Source: a virus. Taken from it: DNA of 64,000 nucleotides. Of this stretch, positions 34,434-43,724 are shown piece after piece. The notes under the pieces were generated by a model, which was not told the DNA's origin, did no database searches, and worked only from the letters and a program-made list of their open reading frames with translations. The DNA is taken from IMG/VR virus record IMGVR_UViG_3300025133_008097, positions 52,841-116,840 of that record. The stretch is one strand, 5' to 3'. Position numbers and translations under genes: made by a program. How positions within the stretch are numbered: position 1 is the stretch's first letter; each line of letters starts with the position of its first letter.

Positions 34434-37340
34434 ATGTCTGATCCGGTAAATAAGTGGGACCAACCTGAATCTGCGCCCCCTCCCATGTTCTTTGGGAAAA
34501 AAGAGCGCGACTTAGTAAAGCAGGTAAACGACGAACTCGCGGAACGCGTTGTAGGCCAAACTATAGCCTACTACTCAGTGAGTCTCGAAGACTCTGAATT
34601 TCATCCCATTTATGGCGAAGCAATTGATAAGGTTACATTACCGCCCGTTCGTGTTTATGCGTACGTTACAGTTGAAAACGAACAAAGTAATGAGCGCTAT
34701 GGTTATGAGTATCAAACGAAGCTCACCGTCAACTTTAATCGCAAGCGCCTAACAGAAGATCAAAACCTTTTCGTCCGGGTTGGTGATTTCGTTCAGTACG
34801 GCGACGAATTCTATGAGGTTGTTAAAACGTATAATGACACTCGTTATTATTTTGGCCAGATAGAGCATAAGTTTCAAATTTCGGCAGAATGTATAAAAGC
34901 CCGCGAGGGTGTTTTCCGCATTCGGGGTTCAATGAAGCCCCAACTTGTCACTACTGCGCCGGGAGTAAAGGCCGCGGTCGAGCCAGCCGCAGCCCCCCCA
35001 CCCGTCGTTCCTCGCGCTCCTAATAATGCTGAGTATCTGGTGCTTACAGCCGATTCGGGCCTTACCAAAGAGCGTATTCTCACAGCCGGGGACAACATCA
35101 CCTTTACTGATGGTGGCGCAGGTGGAGCCCTTACAATTGCGGCAACGGGCGACCTAGCTGTTTCGTCTTCGGCTCTGGTCTATTCGGCCGTGGGACTTCA
35201 AAGTTCGGGATATCTCAAAGTTACCGGATCAACGACCCTAGCTGGCCTTCTTTCTTCTTCTGCCGCCGCGCGACTTGTTGGCTCTTTGTCCTCTTCCGGA
35301 GACATTGCCACTACGGGCGCCATCCATGCGACCACTTATTATGGTGACGGCTCCAACCTAGCGGGAGTGGGGTCCAATGCATCGGGCTCAGCGCGCCAAT
35401 ATTCCGCAACTGGAATAGAAACCTCTGGGTATCTGAAAGTTACTGGTTCCGTTACTCTTGCCGGCTCGCTCTCCTCGTCCACAGGGGCGACTTGGGCCTC
35501 TTCGGTTTCCTCCTCTGGGGATGTCGCCATTACGGGCGCCCTACACGCGGCTACCCTATACGGCGATGGTTCGGGTCTCAGTGGGATCATTACCTCTGTG
35601 TCCGGAACTGCTCGTCAGTATTCCGTCACCGGTGTAGAAACCTCAGGTTATCTGAAGGTAACTGGTTCTAGCACATTGGCTGGTGCTCTATCTTCCTCAG
35701 CCGGCGTCGAGATTGTGGGCGCCACTATGGTGGGCGGCGCTCTCAATGTTTCGGGTACGGTTACGGCAGCGAGCATTGCTAGCGGCTCCCTGGCGGGAAG
35801 TGGGAGCTTCATTGGACTCAACAGCTCCAATCAGCTTGTGCTTACTGGGGCCGGCGAGCCTGTCTCTGGAACGATACGACACTATTCCGCCACGGGGCTA
35901 GAAACCTCAGGATATTTGAGGGTGACGGGTTCAACTACATTTGGGGGGGCTCTTTCTTCTTCTGCCGGCGCCGCCTTGGTTGGATCTCTCTCTTCATCGG
36001 GTGATATGGCGGCTAGTGGAAACATTCATGCGGCCGCCTATTATGGTGATGGTTCTAATTTGGCTGGCGTCAGCAATGCTTCCGGGTCAGCCAGACACTA
36101 TTCTTCGACAGGACTCGAAACATCGGGTTATTTGAAGGTTTCGGGCTCCTCCACTTTAGCCGGCACCCTGTCATCGTCCGCGACCGCTGTATGGGCCGGT
36201 TCGGTTTCCTCCTCCGGCGATCTTGCTGTTACTGGCAATGTGCACGCGACAGCTTATTATGGTGACGGCTCTAATTTAGCAGGAGTCAGTGATGCGTCGG
36301 GCTCCGCTCGACATTATTCCTCTACTGGGTTCGAAACATCGGGCTACCTGAAGGTAACCGGGTCCAGCACTCTTGGGGGCGCCATCTCATCCTCTGCTGG
36401 TGCGGTCCTGGTGGGGTCAATTTCTTCGTCTAACGATCTTGCTGTTACTGGCAATGTGCACGCAGCGGTTTATTACGGCGACGGGTCCAACTTGAGCGGC
36501 ATTGCAGGGACAGCTTCCGGCTCCGCTCGACACTACTCTTCTACCGGGGTAGAGACTTCGGGATATTTGAAGGTCTCGGGGTCCACAACTTTGGGGGACT
36601 CTCTTTCTTCCTCTGCGGGGGCAGTTTTCGTACAATCCCTCTCGTCTTCCGGCGACGTCGCCATCACTGGCAATATGCATGCTGCGGTCTACTATGGTGA
36701 TGGTTCTAACTTAAGCGGTATTGCGGGAACCGCGTCCGGATCGGCGCGCCATTATTCTGCGACCGGTCTTGAAACCTCGGGATACCTCAGGGTGACGGGA
36801 TCGACCACGTTGGGAGGAGCCATCAGTGCATCCGCTGCAGCCCGTTTGGTCGGGTCCCTCTCTTCATCAGCCAATGTAGCCGTGACAGGAAATGTTCATG
36901 CGACAACCTATTATGGCGATGGCTCTCAGTTGACAGGAATCGGCGCTGCGTCGTTCTCAGGCTCTGCTCGAATATATTCTGCAACTGGGCTCGAAACGTC
37001 AGGGTTCATGAAAGTGTCGGGCAGCGCCGAATATGGCGGGGGCATAATGCATAATCTTACGGCAGTTACGGCGCCGACTTATAGCATATTAGCTACCGAC
37101 TATTATATAACGGCAGACACATCGGCCAACACAATTACGTTAACGCTGCCAAACACCAATACCGATGAGACCGGCCGCACCTTTATAATCAAAGATGTCG
37201 GCGGAAATGTTGCAACAAATCCTATTACCATAGACGGCTACCAACTAGAGACAATTGATGGTCAAGCATCTTTTGAACTCAGTTCACCATATGGAGCGGT
37301 GAGCCTTTTTACCGATGGCGCGAGTTGGTTTATTTACTAG
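34434..37340 (+). CDS. Neck/head-completion (gp14-like) domain fused to a repeat fibre
   Basis: N-terminal ~165 aa (HPIYGEA...VRVGDFVQYGDEFYEV) is head-closure-like. It is followed by eight 72-73-aa YYGDGSNL repeats and a C-terminal TLP..GRTFIIKD..TIDG..DGASWFIY domain. Confidence 0.7.
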   Translation: MSDPVNKWDQPESAPPPMFFGKKERDLVKQVNDELAERVVGQTIAYYSVSLEDSEFHPIYGEAIDKVTLPPVRVYAYVTVENEQSNERYGYEYQTKLTVNFNRKRLTEDQNLFVRVGDFVQYGDEFYEVVKTYNDTRYYFGQIEHKFQISAECIKAREGVFRIRGSMKPQLVTTAPGVKAAVEPAAAPPPVVPRAPNNAEYLVLTADSGLTKERILTAGDNITFTDGGAGGALTIAATGDLAVSSSALVYSAVGLQSSGYLKVTGSTTLAGLLSSSAAARLVGSLSSSGDIATTGAIHATTYYGDGSNLAGVGSNASGSARQYSATGIETSGYLKVTGSVTLAGSLSSSTGATWASSVSSSGDVAITGALHAATLYGDGSGLSGIITSVSGTARQYSVTGVETSGYLKVTGSSTLAGALSSSAGVEIVGATMVGGALNVSGTVTAASIASGSLAGSGSFIGLNSSNQLVLTGAGEPVSGTIRHYSATGLETSGYLRVTGSTTFGGALSSSAGAALVGSLSSSGDMAASGNIHAAAYYGDGSNLAGVSNASGSARHYSSTGLETSGYLKVSGSSTLAGTLSSSATAVWAGSVSSSGDLAVTGNVHATAYYGDGSNLAGVSDASGSARHYSSTGFETSGYLKVTGSSTLGGAISSSAGAVLVGSISSSNDLAVTGNVHAAVYYGDGSNLSGIAGTASGSARHYSSTGVETSGYLKVSGSTTLGDSLSSSAGAVFVQSLSSSGDVAITGNMHAAVYYGDGSNLSGIAGTASGSARHYSATGLETSGYLRVTGSTTLGGAISASAAARLVGSLSSSANVAVTGNVHATTYYGDGSQLTGIGAASFSGSARIYSATGLETSGFMKVSGSAEYGGGIMHNLTAVTAPTYSILATDYYITADTSANTITLTLPNTNTDETGRTFIIKDVGGNVATNPITIDGYQLETIDGQASFELSSPYGAVSLFTDGASWFIY
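35160..37026 (+). repeat. Eight full plus one partial 72-73-aa tandem repeats (SGSARHYSxTGxETSGYLKV...YYGDGSNL)
   Basis: Counted in the translation. Unit 3 is a longer variant. Confidence 0.9.
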
Positions 37341-37525
37341 ATCCAAAAAGATACATATAAATATGTTTTGTTGAGGTCTTTTGGTACGGCCATTACTATA
37401 TGTTATAGAAAACGGAAGTGGCTACTCGTATATCTGTTATGTTTTGCTTCTTCAGATTGTGATTACAATCTATTGATTTTATGACTTTTTCACCCGTTTG
37501 CCATTAACATAGGAGGATTTTTCCA
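37341..37525 (+). promoter_or_regulatory. 185-nt AT-rich intergenic leader, candidate structured RNA
   Basis: Longest gap in the window. Hairpin AGATTGT-GATT-ACAATCT (37454-37471), long-range helix 37410-37420 with 37491-37499, SD AGGAGG at 37511. Confidence 0.45.
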
Positions 37526-40045
37526 ATGGCTTACAAATTTCAAAAGGGCGCGTTCCACGCGGACGGCCTTATTTCAGGCTCATCGACGGTAAAAGCCGTT
37601 GGGTCTCTTTCATCTTCTGGCGATATTGCCGTTACAGGGGCGGTCCATGCTGCCCAGCTGTACGGTGGTGGCGCTGGTATCACTGGCATCTCTTCTGATG
37701 CTGTGGATGTTACCTCGTCTACTGGTGACCTTGCTTATCCGATCGTCTTCACTGAAGGTGCTCAGACCGCTGGTACTTTGGGACTTGGTCTAAACACAGC
37801 ACTGAACTACAATCCAAGCGACGGGGTAGTTTCATCTTCAGCCAAGGCACAATTTGTTGGTAACTCCATCTTTGGTGGAACACTTGGCGTGTCGGGCGCA
37901 ATGACTCTCGCCGGCGGCCTCTCCAGCTCTAATAATGCACAATTCGTTGGCTCTGGCATGTTCAATTCAACTCTTGCTGTGTCGGGCGCAATGACCATTG
38001 CGGGCATTTCCGGCTCCGGCCACGCTGAATTCGTTACTGGTGTTCGCACTGCAGGAGGCCTTGCTGTCTCCGGGTCAACGACACTGGCAGCTGGCGTGTC
38101 TAGCTCTGCTGATGCACGATTCGTTGGCAATGTTGAGTCGAGTGGTCAAATTGAAGCATCCGGTTCGGTCCTCGGCTCGGAATTCAAGACTAACGATGTT
38201 ACCTATGGTGACTCGGGTATCACCATGGACACTGATGGCGGCAATCTCTTGTTTATTAACAATGATGCAGACCAGCAGATTTACCTGAAAGTTGGTTCAG
38301 ACACGGCTGCCACTAGTGTGACATTTATTAATGCAAGTAGCACCCCCCTCTTCGGAGTTGACGGCACGGGGCAGATGCAGGCCGCGGCCATATCTGGCTC
38401 CGGCGTGCTGCAAGTGGTTGGTAACTCCATCTTTGGTGGAACACTTGGTGTGACCGGCGCTGTGGTGGCCAAGTCTACTGTAAGTGCTTCTTCAACCTTA
38501 CAGGTTGTCGGCACTGTTAATTCGATCGGTGCAATGGCGTCCAGCGGTTCCATTACTGCTGGTTCTTCGTTCATCATCGGTTCTGCCGATTTGAACGAAG
38601 CCGACATGGAGAAGCTTGACGGTATTACGAATGGTGCCGGCGCAGCCAACAAGGCTCTTGTCCTTGATGCCAATGCGGATGTTGCTTCCGGTCTTCGATC
38701 TGTGACAGCTTCTGCTGACCTGAGGGCTGCAAACGTTCACGCTACGCAATTCTATGGTGGTGGTGCTGGAATTACAGGCATTACTTCTGATGCTGTTGAT
38801 GTTACTGCGTCTCTTGGCGCAAGTCTGGTTTACGGCATTGTTGGAACCCAGGGAGTTCAGAGCGATGGAACACTTGGTCTAATCACCACGGTTTCGGGAG
38901 CTTCTTTCAATCCGTTGGATGCTACGTGGGGAAGCAAGCTGCGTCTCTCCGGTAATGTAGGCGGTTACCAGACTAGTGACATTCAGTTTGGTGAAAAAGC
39001 TGGAATAGGATTTAAGAATGATGAGGGTCTTCTATTCCAGATTACTTCCTCGGAAGCAGGGATCGATATTTCCTCTTCCCAGGACGCCGGCATCGCCCTA
39101 TATGGTGGAGATGGCGAGCAAGCAGGGGTCGGTATTTATGGAAGCTTTTTCTCTGTCTGGAACTCCGACGACGACGAGGTGTATAAATTCGCTGTCGAGA
39201 GCAATGACGGCGCTGTCTCTGGCGCTGCTGGTGCTCAGTTTGTTGGCAACTCTATTTTTGGGGGGGCCCTGTCGGTAAGTGGTGCGACTACCTTATCTGG
39301 CAAGCTTTCGAGTTCTGCTGCGATGGAAATCGTTGGTCAGGTCGACGTAGTTGGTAGCCTTAATGTGACCGGCTCGTCCGTTCTCAACGGCGGTATCGAC
39401 GTCAACGGTAGCAACTTTACTGTTAGCACCGCTGGTGCAGTGACTGCTGCGTCTACTATTCGGATGTCGCAGGGCAATTCGCTCTCCTTCAACGGTGCAA
39501 CTAACACTGCGAAGATTACCAATCAAGGGCAAAACCTAGATATTAACGCCCCCGGTGCAATTGTTCTCAATGCCGGGACGTTTGTGTCCAGTTCGGATGG
39601 TGCTCAGTTTGTTGGCAACTCTATTTTTGGGGGGACCCTGTCGGTAAGTGGTGCGACTACCTTAGCTGGTAACCTTTCGAGTTCGGCTGGACTACAGTAT
39701 GTCGGTGCAGCGCTTCTCGGAAGTACACTTGGTGTCTCCGGAGCTGTTAGTATGGATGGAGGTGCAAACCTCAAGGTGAAGACATACACGGGAGCTGCCA
39801 GTATTGGAACGGCAGCTATCGTTCACGTTGTGAGTGGCGGAACTGCCGCGCTTACTATGACCCTCCCGGCCATTGGCACGTCCGGCCGTTGGTATGCGGT
39901 TAAGCGTCACAACAACATGAGCGGAAACGTGGTTGTTGATGGTAATGGTGGCGAGTTGATTGATGGAAATACAAGCATTACTTTGAGTACTGCTGGTGCA
40001 TCAGTCTACCTCGTAGATGACGGAACGCAATGGACAATTCTCTAA
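37526..40045 (+). CDS. Ser/Gly-rich fibre protein (MAYKF family)
   Basis: Repeated QFVGNSIFGGTLxVSGA units. C-terminal TLP..GRWYAVKRH..IDG..DDGTQWTIL domain. Confidence 0.7.
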   Translation: MAYKFQKGAFHADGLISGSSTVKAVGSLSSSGDIAVTGAVHAAQLYGGGAGITGISSDAVDVTSSTGDLAYPIVFTEGAQTAGTLGLGLNTALNYNPSDGVVSSSAKAQFVGNSIFGGTLGVSGAMTLAGGLSSSNNAQFVGSGMFNSTLAVSGAMTIAGISGSGHAEFVTGVRTAGGLAVSGSTTLAAGVSSSADARFVGNVESSGQIEASGSVLGSEFKTNDVTYGDSGITMDTDGGNLLFINNDADQQIYLKVGSDTAATSVTFINASSTPLFGVDGTGQMQAAAISGSGVLQVVGNSIFGGTLGVTGAVVAKSTVSASSTLQVVGTVNSIGAMASSGSITAGSSFIIGSADLNEADMEKLDGITNGAGAANKALVLDANADVASGLRSVTASADLRAANVHATQFYGGGAGITGITSDAVDVTASLGASLVYGIVGTQGVQSDGTLGLITTVSGASFNPLDATWGSKLRLSGNVGGYQTSDIQFGEKAGIGFKNDEGLLFQITSSEAGIDISSSQDAGIALYGGDGEQAGVGIYGSFFSVWNSDDDEVYKFAVESNDGAVSGAAGAQFVGNSIFGGALSVSGATTLSGKLSSSAAMEIVGQVDVVGSLNVTGSSVLNGGIDVNGSNFTVSTAGAVTAASTIRMSQGNSLSFNGATNTAKITNQGQNLDINAPGAIVLNAGTFVSSSDGAQFVGNSIFGGTLSVSGATTLAGNLSSSAGLQYVGAALLGSTLGVSGAVSMDGGANLKVKTYTGAASIGTAAIVHVVSGGTAALTMTLPAIGTSGRWYAVKRHNNMSGNVVVDGNGGELIDGNTSITLSTAGASVYLVDDGTQWTIL
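39229..39669 (+). repeat. 72-bp direct repeat pair (39229-39300 and 39598-39669)
   Basis: Two mismatches, period 369 nt. A second identical 32-bp pair lies at 37856-37887 and 38417-38448. Confidence 0.85.
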
Positions 40046-40068
40046 GATAAAACTTAGATACAAAACTC

Positions 40069-40104
40069 AAGGGCGTCTATTCTTCGGAATAGACGCCCTT
40101 TTGT
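40069..40104 (+). terminator. Intrinsic terminator
   Basis: Perfect 14-bp stem AAGGGCGTCTATTC / GAATAGACGCCCTT with C(UUCG)G tetraloop, ending CCCTTTTGT. Confidence 0.85.
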
Positions 40105-40114
40105 ATTTAGGAAG

Positions 40115-40121
40115 CTATTTA
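40115..40121 (+). promoter_or_regulatory. Putative late promoter motif CTATTTA
   Basis: Directly after the terminator, 32 nt upstream of ATG 40147. Confidence 0.6.
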
Positions 40122-40146
40122 TTGATGTACATTTGGAGACAAGATC

Positions 40147-41271
40147 ATGGCATACAAGGTTCAATTAGGCGCCGCACATCTAGACGGGCTCGTATCAGGC
40201 TCGTCTACTATTAGAGCAGTCGGCTCTCTATCATCCTCAGGGGATATAGCGGTAACTGGCAATCTTCACGCAGCAATGCTGTATGGGGACGGTTCGGGCC
40301 TCAGCAATATCTCCGCCGATGGAATTGATGTTACCAGTTCTGCTGGAAACTTAGCTTATAACCTTGTTTTTACTGAGGGAGCCCAGACTGATGGTTCATT
40401 GGGCCTTGGTCTAAATACCAATCTTAATTACAATCCTGGCACTGGTCTTATTTCTAGCTCTGCTGGGGCTCAGTTTGTGCAAGAGGCTATCTTTGGTGGT
40501 ACGCTCCATGCTACAGGGGCGATCTCCGGAGCCGTAGGCCTGCAGGGACAAAGTCTCACTGTAGGCAATGGTGGACTCCAGGTTTCCGACGATGCAGATC
40601 TTTCTAGTTCGGCGGGAATGGAAATTGTTGGAAATACCGTTTTAGTCGGCACTCTCAATGTGACGGGTGCGCAGACCTTAGGGGGGGCAGTCTCTAGTTC
40701 TGCTGGTGCGGTATTTGTTCAATCCTTGTCTTCCTCTGCGAATGTCGCCGTTACAGGAAATGTTCATGCGGCGACTTACTATGGTGACGGCTCCAACCTA
40801 ACCGGTGTCGATTCGGCGTCCGGCTCCGCTCGCCAATACTCTGCCACCGGCATGGAAACGTCAGGATATCTTAAGGTATCGGGATCTACTACCTTAGCTG
40901 GCGCCCTCTCTAGTTCAGCCGGAGCACAGGTGGTGGGCAACGTCCTCCTCGGCGGCCAGTTGGGAATTAGCGGAGGCATTCAGTTTCAGGTTACCACGGT
41001 CACTACTAACACTCACCTCACGGCCTCGACTGCGACTACCTATCAGGTGGTGAGCGGAGGCACTGCAGCTATTACGATGATGCTGCCGTCTGCTAGCGCG
41101 GGCGAACATTATCAGTATGCCATCAAACGCCATGCACTGATGAGCGGGAATGTGGTTATTACTGGGTCTGATGTCGCAGACGTAATTGATGGTGAGGCTC
41201 GCCTCGAACTAGAGACTGCCGGCGCTTCGGTATTTCTTATTAGTGATGGCACCCAATGGAACATCTTCTAG
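40147..41271 (+). CDS. Fibre protein paralogue (MAYKV)
   Basis: First ~110 aa align with 37526..40045. Carries one repeat of the 34434 type and the same C-terminal domain. Confidence 0.7.
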   Translation: MAYKVQLGAAHLDGLVSGSSTIRAVGSLSSSGDIAVTGNLHAAMLYGDGSGLSNISADGIDVTSSAGNLAYNLVFTEGAQTDGSLGLGLNTNLNYNPGTGLISSSAGAQFVQEAIFGGTLHATGAISGAVGLQGQSLTVGNGGLQVSDDADLSSSAGMEIVGNTVLVGTLNVTGAQTLGGAVSSSAGAVFVQSLSSSANVAVTGNVHAATYYGDGSNLTGVDSASGSARQYSATGMETSGYLKVSGSTTLAGALSSSAGAQVVGNVLLGGQLGISGGIQFQVTTVTTNTHLTASTATTYQVVSGGTAAITMMLPSASAGEHYQYAIKRHALMSGNVVITGSDVADVIDGEARLELETAGASVFLISDGTQWNIF

Positions 41272-41274
41272 GAT

Positions 41275-42513
41275 ATGGCTTATAAGTTTACAACGGGCTC
41301 CGTTGAGCGGGGCGACATCTATAATCAAAACGATGCCCAGCAAAACACTTATATAGACTGGAGCGAGGACGCCATCGGTCTGGTAGCCGGGGGAGCGCTG
41401 ACTCTAGCGGTGTCTGGGGCAGTCGTAAACGTGTCCGGCTCGGGTACCCCCTTGCGCGTCGATGGCGCCATCAGTTCTAGTCGTGCCCTTTATGGAACAG
41501 ATTTGGTATTAAAGACCAATGACTCCAGCGGAATTGCTACACTTTATATCGAAGGCACCAATGGCACTGAAATCATTGGTATGACCGGCGGCGGCATGAA
41601 CATTCTCGCCCAGGGCGGCGATATGCACCTCGTAGCCGGCGCCGACGGCGCGATCAACTGGGGTACCGACAATACGTATTGGAAAATGAGTTTAAGCACC
41701 GACGGTGATCTCAGCCTCCCATCCATGTCTGCCGCCAATACCAAGGGACGGATACATGTTTCCGGAAGCGACAGCGACAATCTATTCTATACCAATTCGG
41801 ACAGCAATGATGACGTTTTCGTTGTCTGCGGCGACGGCAAAGTCGGCATCGGCACGGCGTCGCCCCAAGCTCCTCTTCATATTACTGGAAACCTCGAGCC
41901 AGCCCTTCTTATTGAAGATGGCAATATTCATTTAAGTGGTACCCATCCGTATCACCATCCAGAAATTCAGTTTATTGACAATGCCCATATTGGTGTTGCT
42001 GGTCTTAAAATAAGATATAACAATAGCAACGGTAGTAGTTACTTTGAAAATATGTTTAACAACACAAATGCCGGTATCTTTTTCACCACTCGCGAAGCTG
42101 GAACCGCTGATAACGTTTTGTCCCTGGTTGCAGGACAGGTTGGTATAGGTACAACAACACCCAACTCCACCTTTCAAGTTAGTGGCTCGCAGGCCGGAAA
42201 TTATACAGCCATTACTGATGACATAACGTTAAATGAAACCCACTACACAGTAGATCTTACTGACACCGATGATGCAACCGTAACTCTTCCAGCTGCTAGC
42301 GGAGTTACTGGAAGAACATATCACATTTTGACTACCGGCAATGGCGAGCAGACACTTACGATTACCGGCTCTGGCGGTCAGTTTATGGGTTCCAACCAGG
42401 ATTCGGGCCCAGAGGATTCAATCGAAATCGACGGCGGCGCGCAGAGCGTTACACTTCTGAGTACCGGTACGTATTGGTTTATTTTAACAGATAACAGGCA
42501 GCAGGGACACTAG
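41275..42513 (+). CDS. Fibre protein paralogue (MAYKF) with VGIGTxxP repeats
   Basis: VGIGTASPQAPLHI and VGIGTTTPNSTFQV motifs. Same family of C-terminal domain. Confidence 0.7.
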   Translation: MAYKFTTGSVERGDIYNQNDAQQNTYIDWSEDAIGLVAGGALTLAVSGAVVNVSGSGTPLRVDGAISSSRALYGTDLVLKTNDSSGIATLYIEGTNGTEIIGMTGGGMNILAQGGDMHLVAGADGAINWGTDNTYWKMSLSTDGDLSLPSMSAANTKGRIHVSGSDSDNLFYTNSDSNDDVFVVCGDGKVGIGTASPQAPLHITGNLEPALLIEDGNIHLSGTHPYHHPEIQFIDNAHIGVAGLKIRYNNSNGSSYFENMFNNTNAGIFFTTREAGTADNVLSLVAGQVGIGTTTPNSTFQVSGSQAGNYTAITDDITLNETHYTVDLTDTDDATVTLPAASGVTGRTYHILTTGNGEQTLTITGSGGQFMGSNQDSGPEDSIEIDGGAQSVTLLSTGTYWFILTDNRQQGH

Positions 42514-42549
42514 AAATCACATCTATTAGTCATTTCCTCATCTTACACA

Positions 42550-42556
42550 CTAATTA
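42550..42556 (+). promoter_or_regulatory. Putative late promoter motif CTAATTA
   Basis: Intergenic, 41 nt upstream of the scaffold ATG. Confidence 0.6.
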
Positions 42557-42590
42557 CATTTGATTACGTATCAGAATTTGGAGTAATTCT

Positions 42591-43700
42591 ATGTCTTCGT
42601 TGTTAGAAGAAGCTATTGTTGACGCTAAAGCGCTTAAGGAAGCGGCATTAAAAAATGCCGAAACTGCTGTATTGGAAAAGTATTCAAGCGATGTAAAGCG
42701 CGCCCTAAACACTTTGTTAGAGCAGGAGGAAGACCCAACGGATATGGGCGACCTCGGTGGCGACTTGGACATGGGCCTTGGAGGCGGCGATGTTGCGCCC
42801 CCCACTGAACCGGGTGATGCATCCTTTTTAGAGGAAACTCCCTACGCATTTCAAACTGAGGAGCTTGATGCTCCTGCAGCGGATGAAATTGTAGAAATCG
42901 ATTTTGATGAATTGAAGACCCGTCTCGAAGAAGAAGAGGCCGAAGGAGAAATGGGATCCCCGGATGACATACTCGGGTCCGAAGACGTTGCAATGGAACT
43001 TCAGGAAGATGGGTATATTACGCCCCGCGAACTCGAAGATGACAGCGATGAAGATGTGGCGTCAGAGTTAGCCGAAGACGAAGATATTGAACTTTCGGAA
43101 GAGATGATTGATTCTTTGGTCAGCGAACTTCTTAATGTTGATATGAATCCAGAACTTCAGGGATGGTCCTCCCTAGGCTCCGCTTATAATAGTACGGAGC
43201 AGGCCAATAATGATGAAATGGCTGCAGCCGCAGCGGCCCACCTCGACGAAGACGAGGAATTAGAAGAGAAAGCAGAGACGGTTTCAACACCGGACGATGT
43301 CGATCTTTATGAGGCAAAAATCAAGAATCTTAATGTTTCTGTTAGAGAGCTACACGCTCTGTTACAAGAGGCCAAGGTCCAACTGAAAAGTTTGAACTTG
43401 GCAAATGCCAAACTTGTTTACCAAAACAAGGCATTAGGCAGCACCTCCTTGAATGAGCGACAAAAAACTAAAATTGTCGAAGCTGTTAGTCGTGCCAATT
43501 CGGCTCAAGAAGCGAAAATCTTGTTTGAAACCATTCAAAACGCAGTGAGCGTCTCGAACTCTACGAATAGTTCTAGGCCACAAACACTTCGTGAAGCAGT
43601 TTCCAAGCATACATCTTTGCTCCTGAGTGCTCAGAAAGAAAGTAAGGCAACCCCAGATCCTAGAATGGATCGAATGCTGCGTTTAGCAGGATTAGACTAA
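42591..43700 (+). CDS. gp22: Prohead core scaffolding protein (gp22-like)
   Basis: Highly acidic, many (I/L)xE sites, coiled coil, directly upstream of the major capsid gene. Confidence 0.8.
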   Translation: MSSLLEEAIVDAKALKEAALKNAETAVLEKYSSDVKRALNTLLEQEEDPTDMGDLGGDLDMGLGGGDVAPPTEPGDASFLEETPYAFQTEELDAPAADEIVEIDFDELKTRLEEEEAEGEMGSPDDILGSEDVAMELQEDGYITPRELEDDSDEDVASELAEDEDIELSEEMIDSLVSELLNVDMNPELQGWSSLGSAYNSTEQANNDEMAAAAAAHLDEDEELEEKAETVSTPDDVDLYEAKIKNLNVSVRELHALLQEAKVQLKSLNLANAKLVYQNKALGSTSLNERQKTKIVEAVSRANSAQEAKILFETIQNAVSVSNSTNSSRPQTLREAVSKHTSLLLSAQKESKATPDPRMDRMLRLAGLD

Positions 43701-43724
43701 ATTATACTATAGGAGGTTAAAAAA

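Noticed and set aside
37356-37363. TATAAATA as evidence of a T4 gp55-type late promoter system
   Set aside because: Only one intergenic instance. The other copies noticed (7601, 60651) are inside coding regions, and structural genes share a different motif.
37341-37525. tRNA or other known ncRNA in the intergenic gaps
   Set aside because: No T-loop (GTTCRA), cloverleaf or CCA end recognisable. The other gaps are too short.
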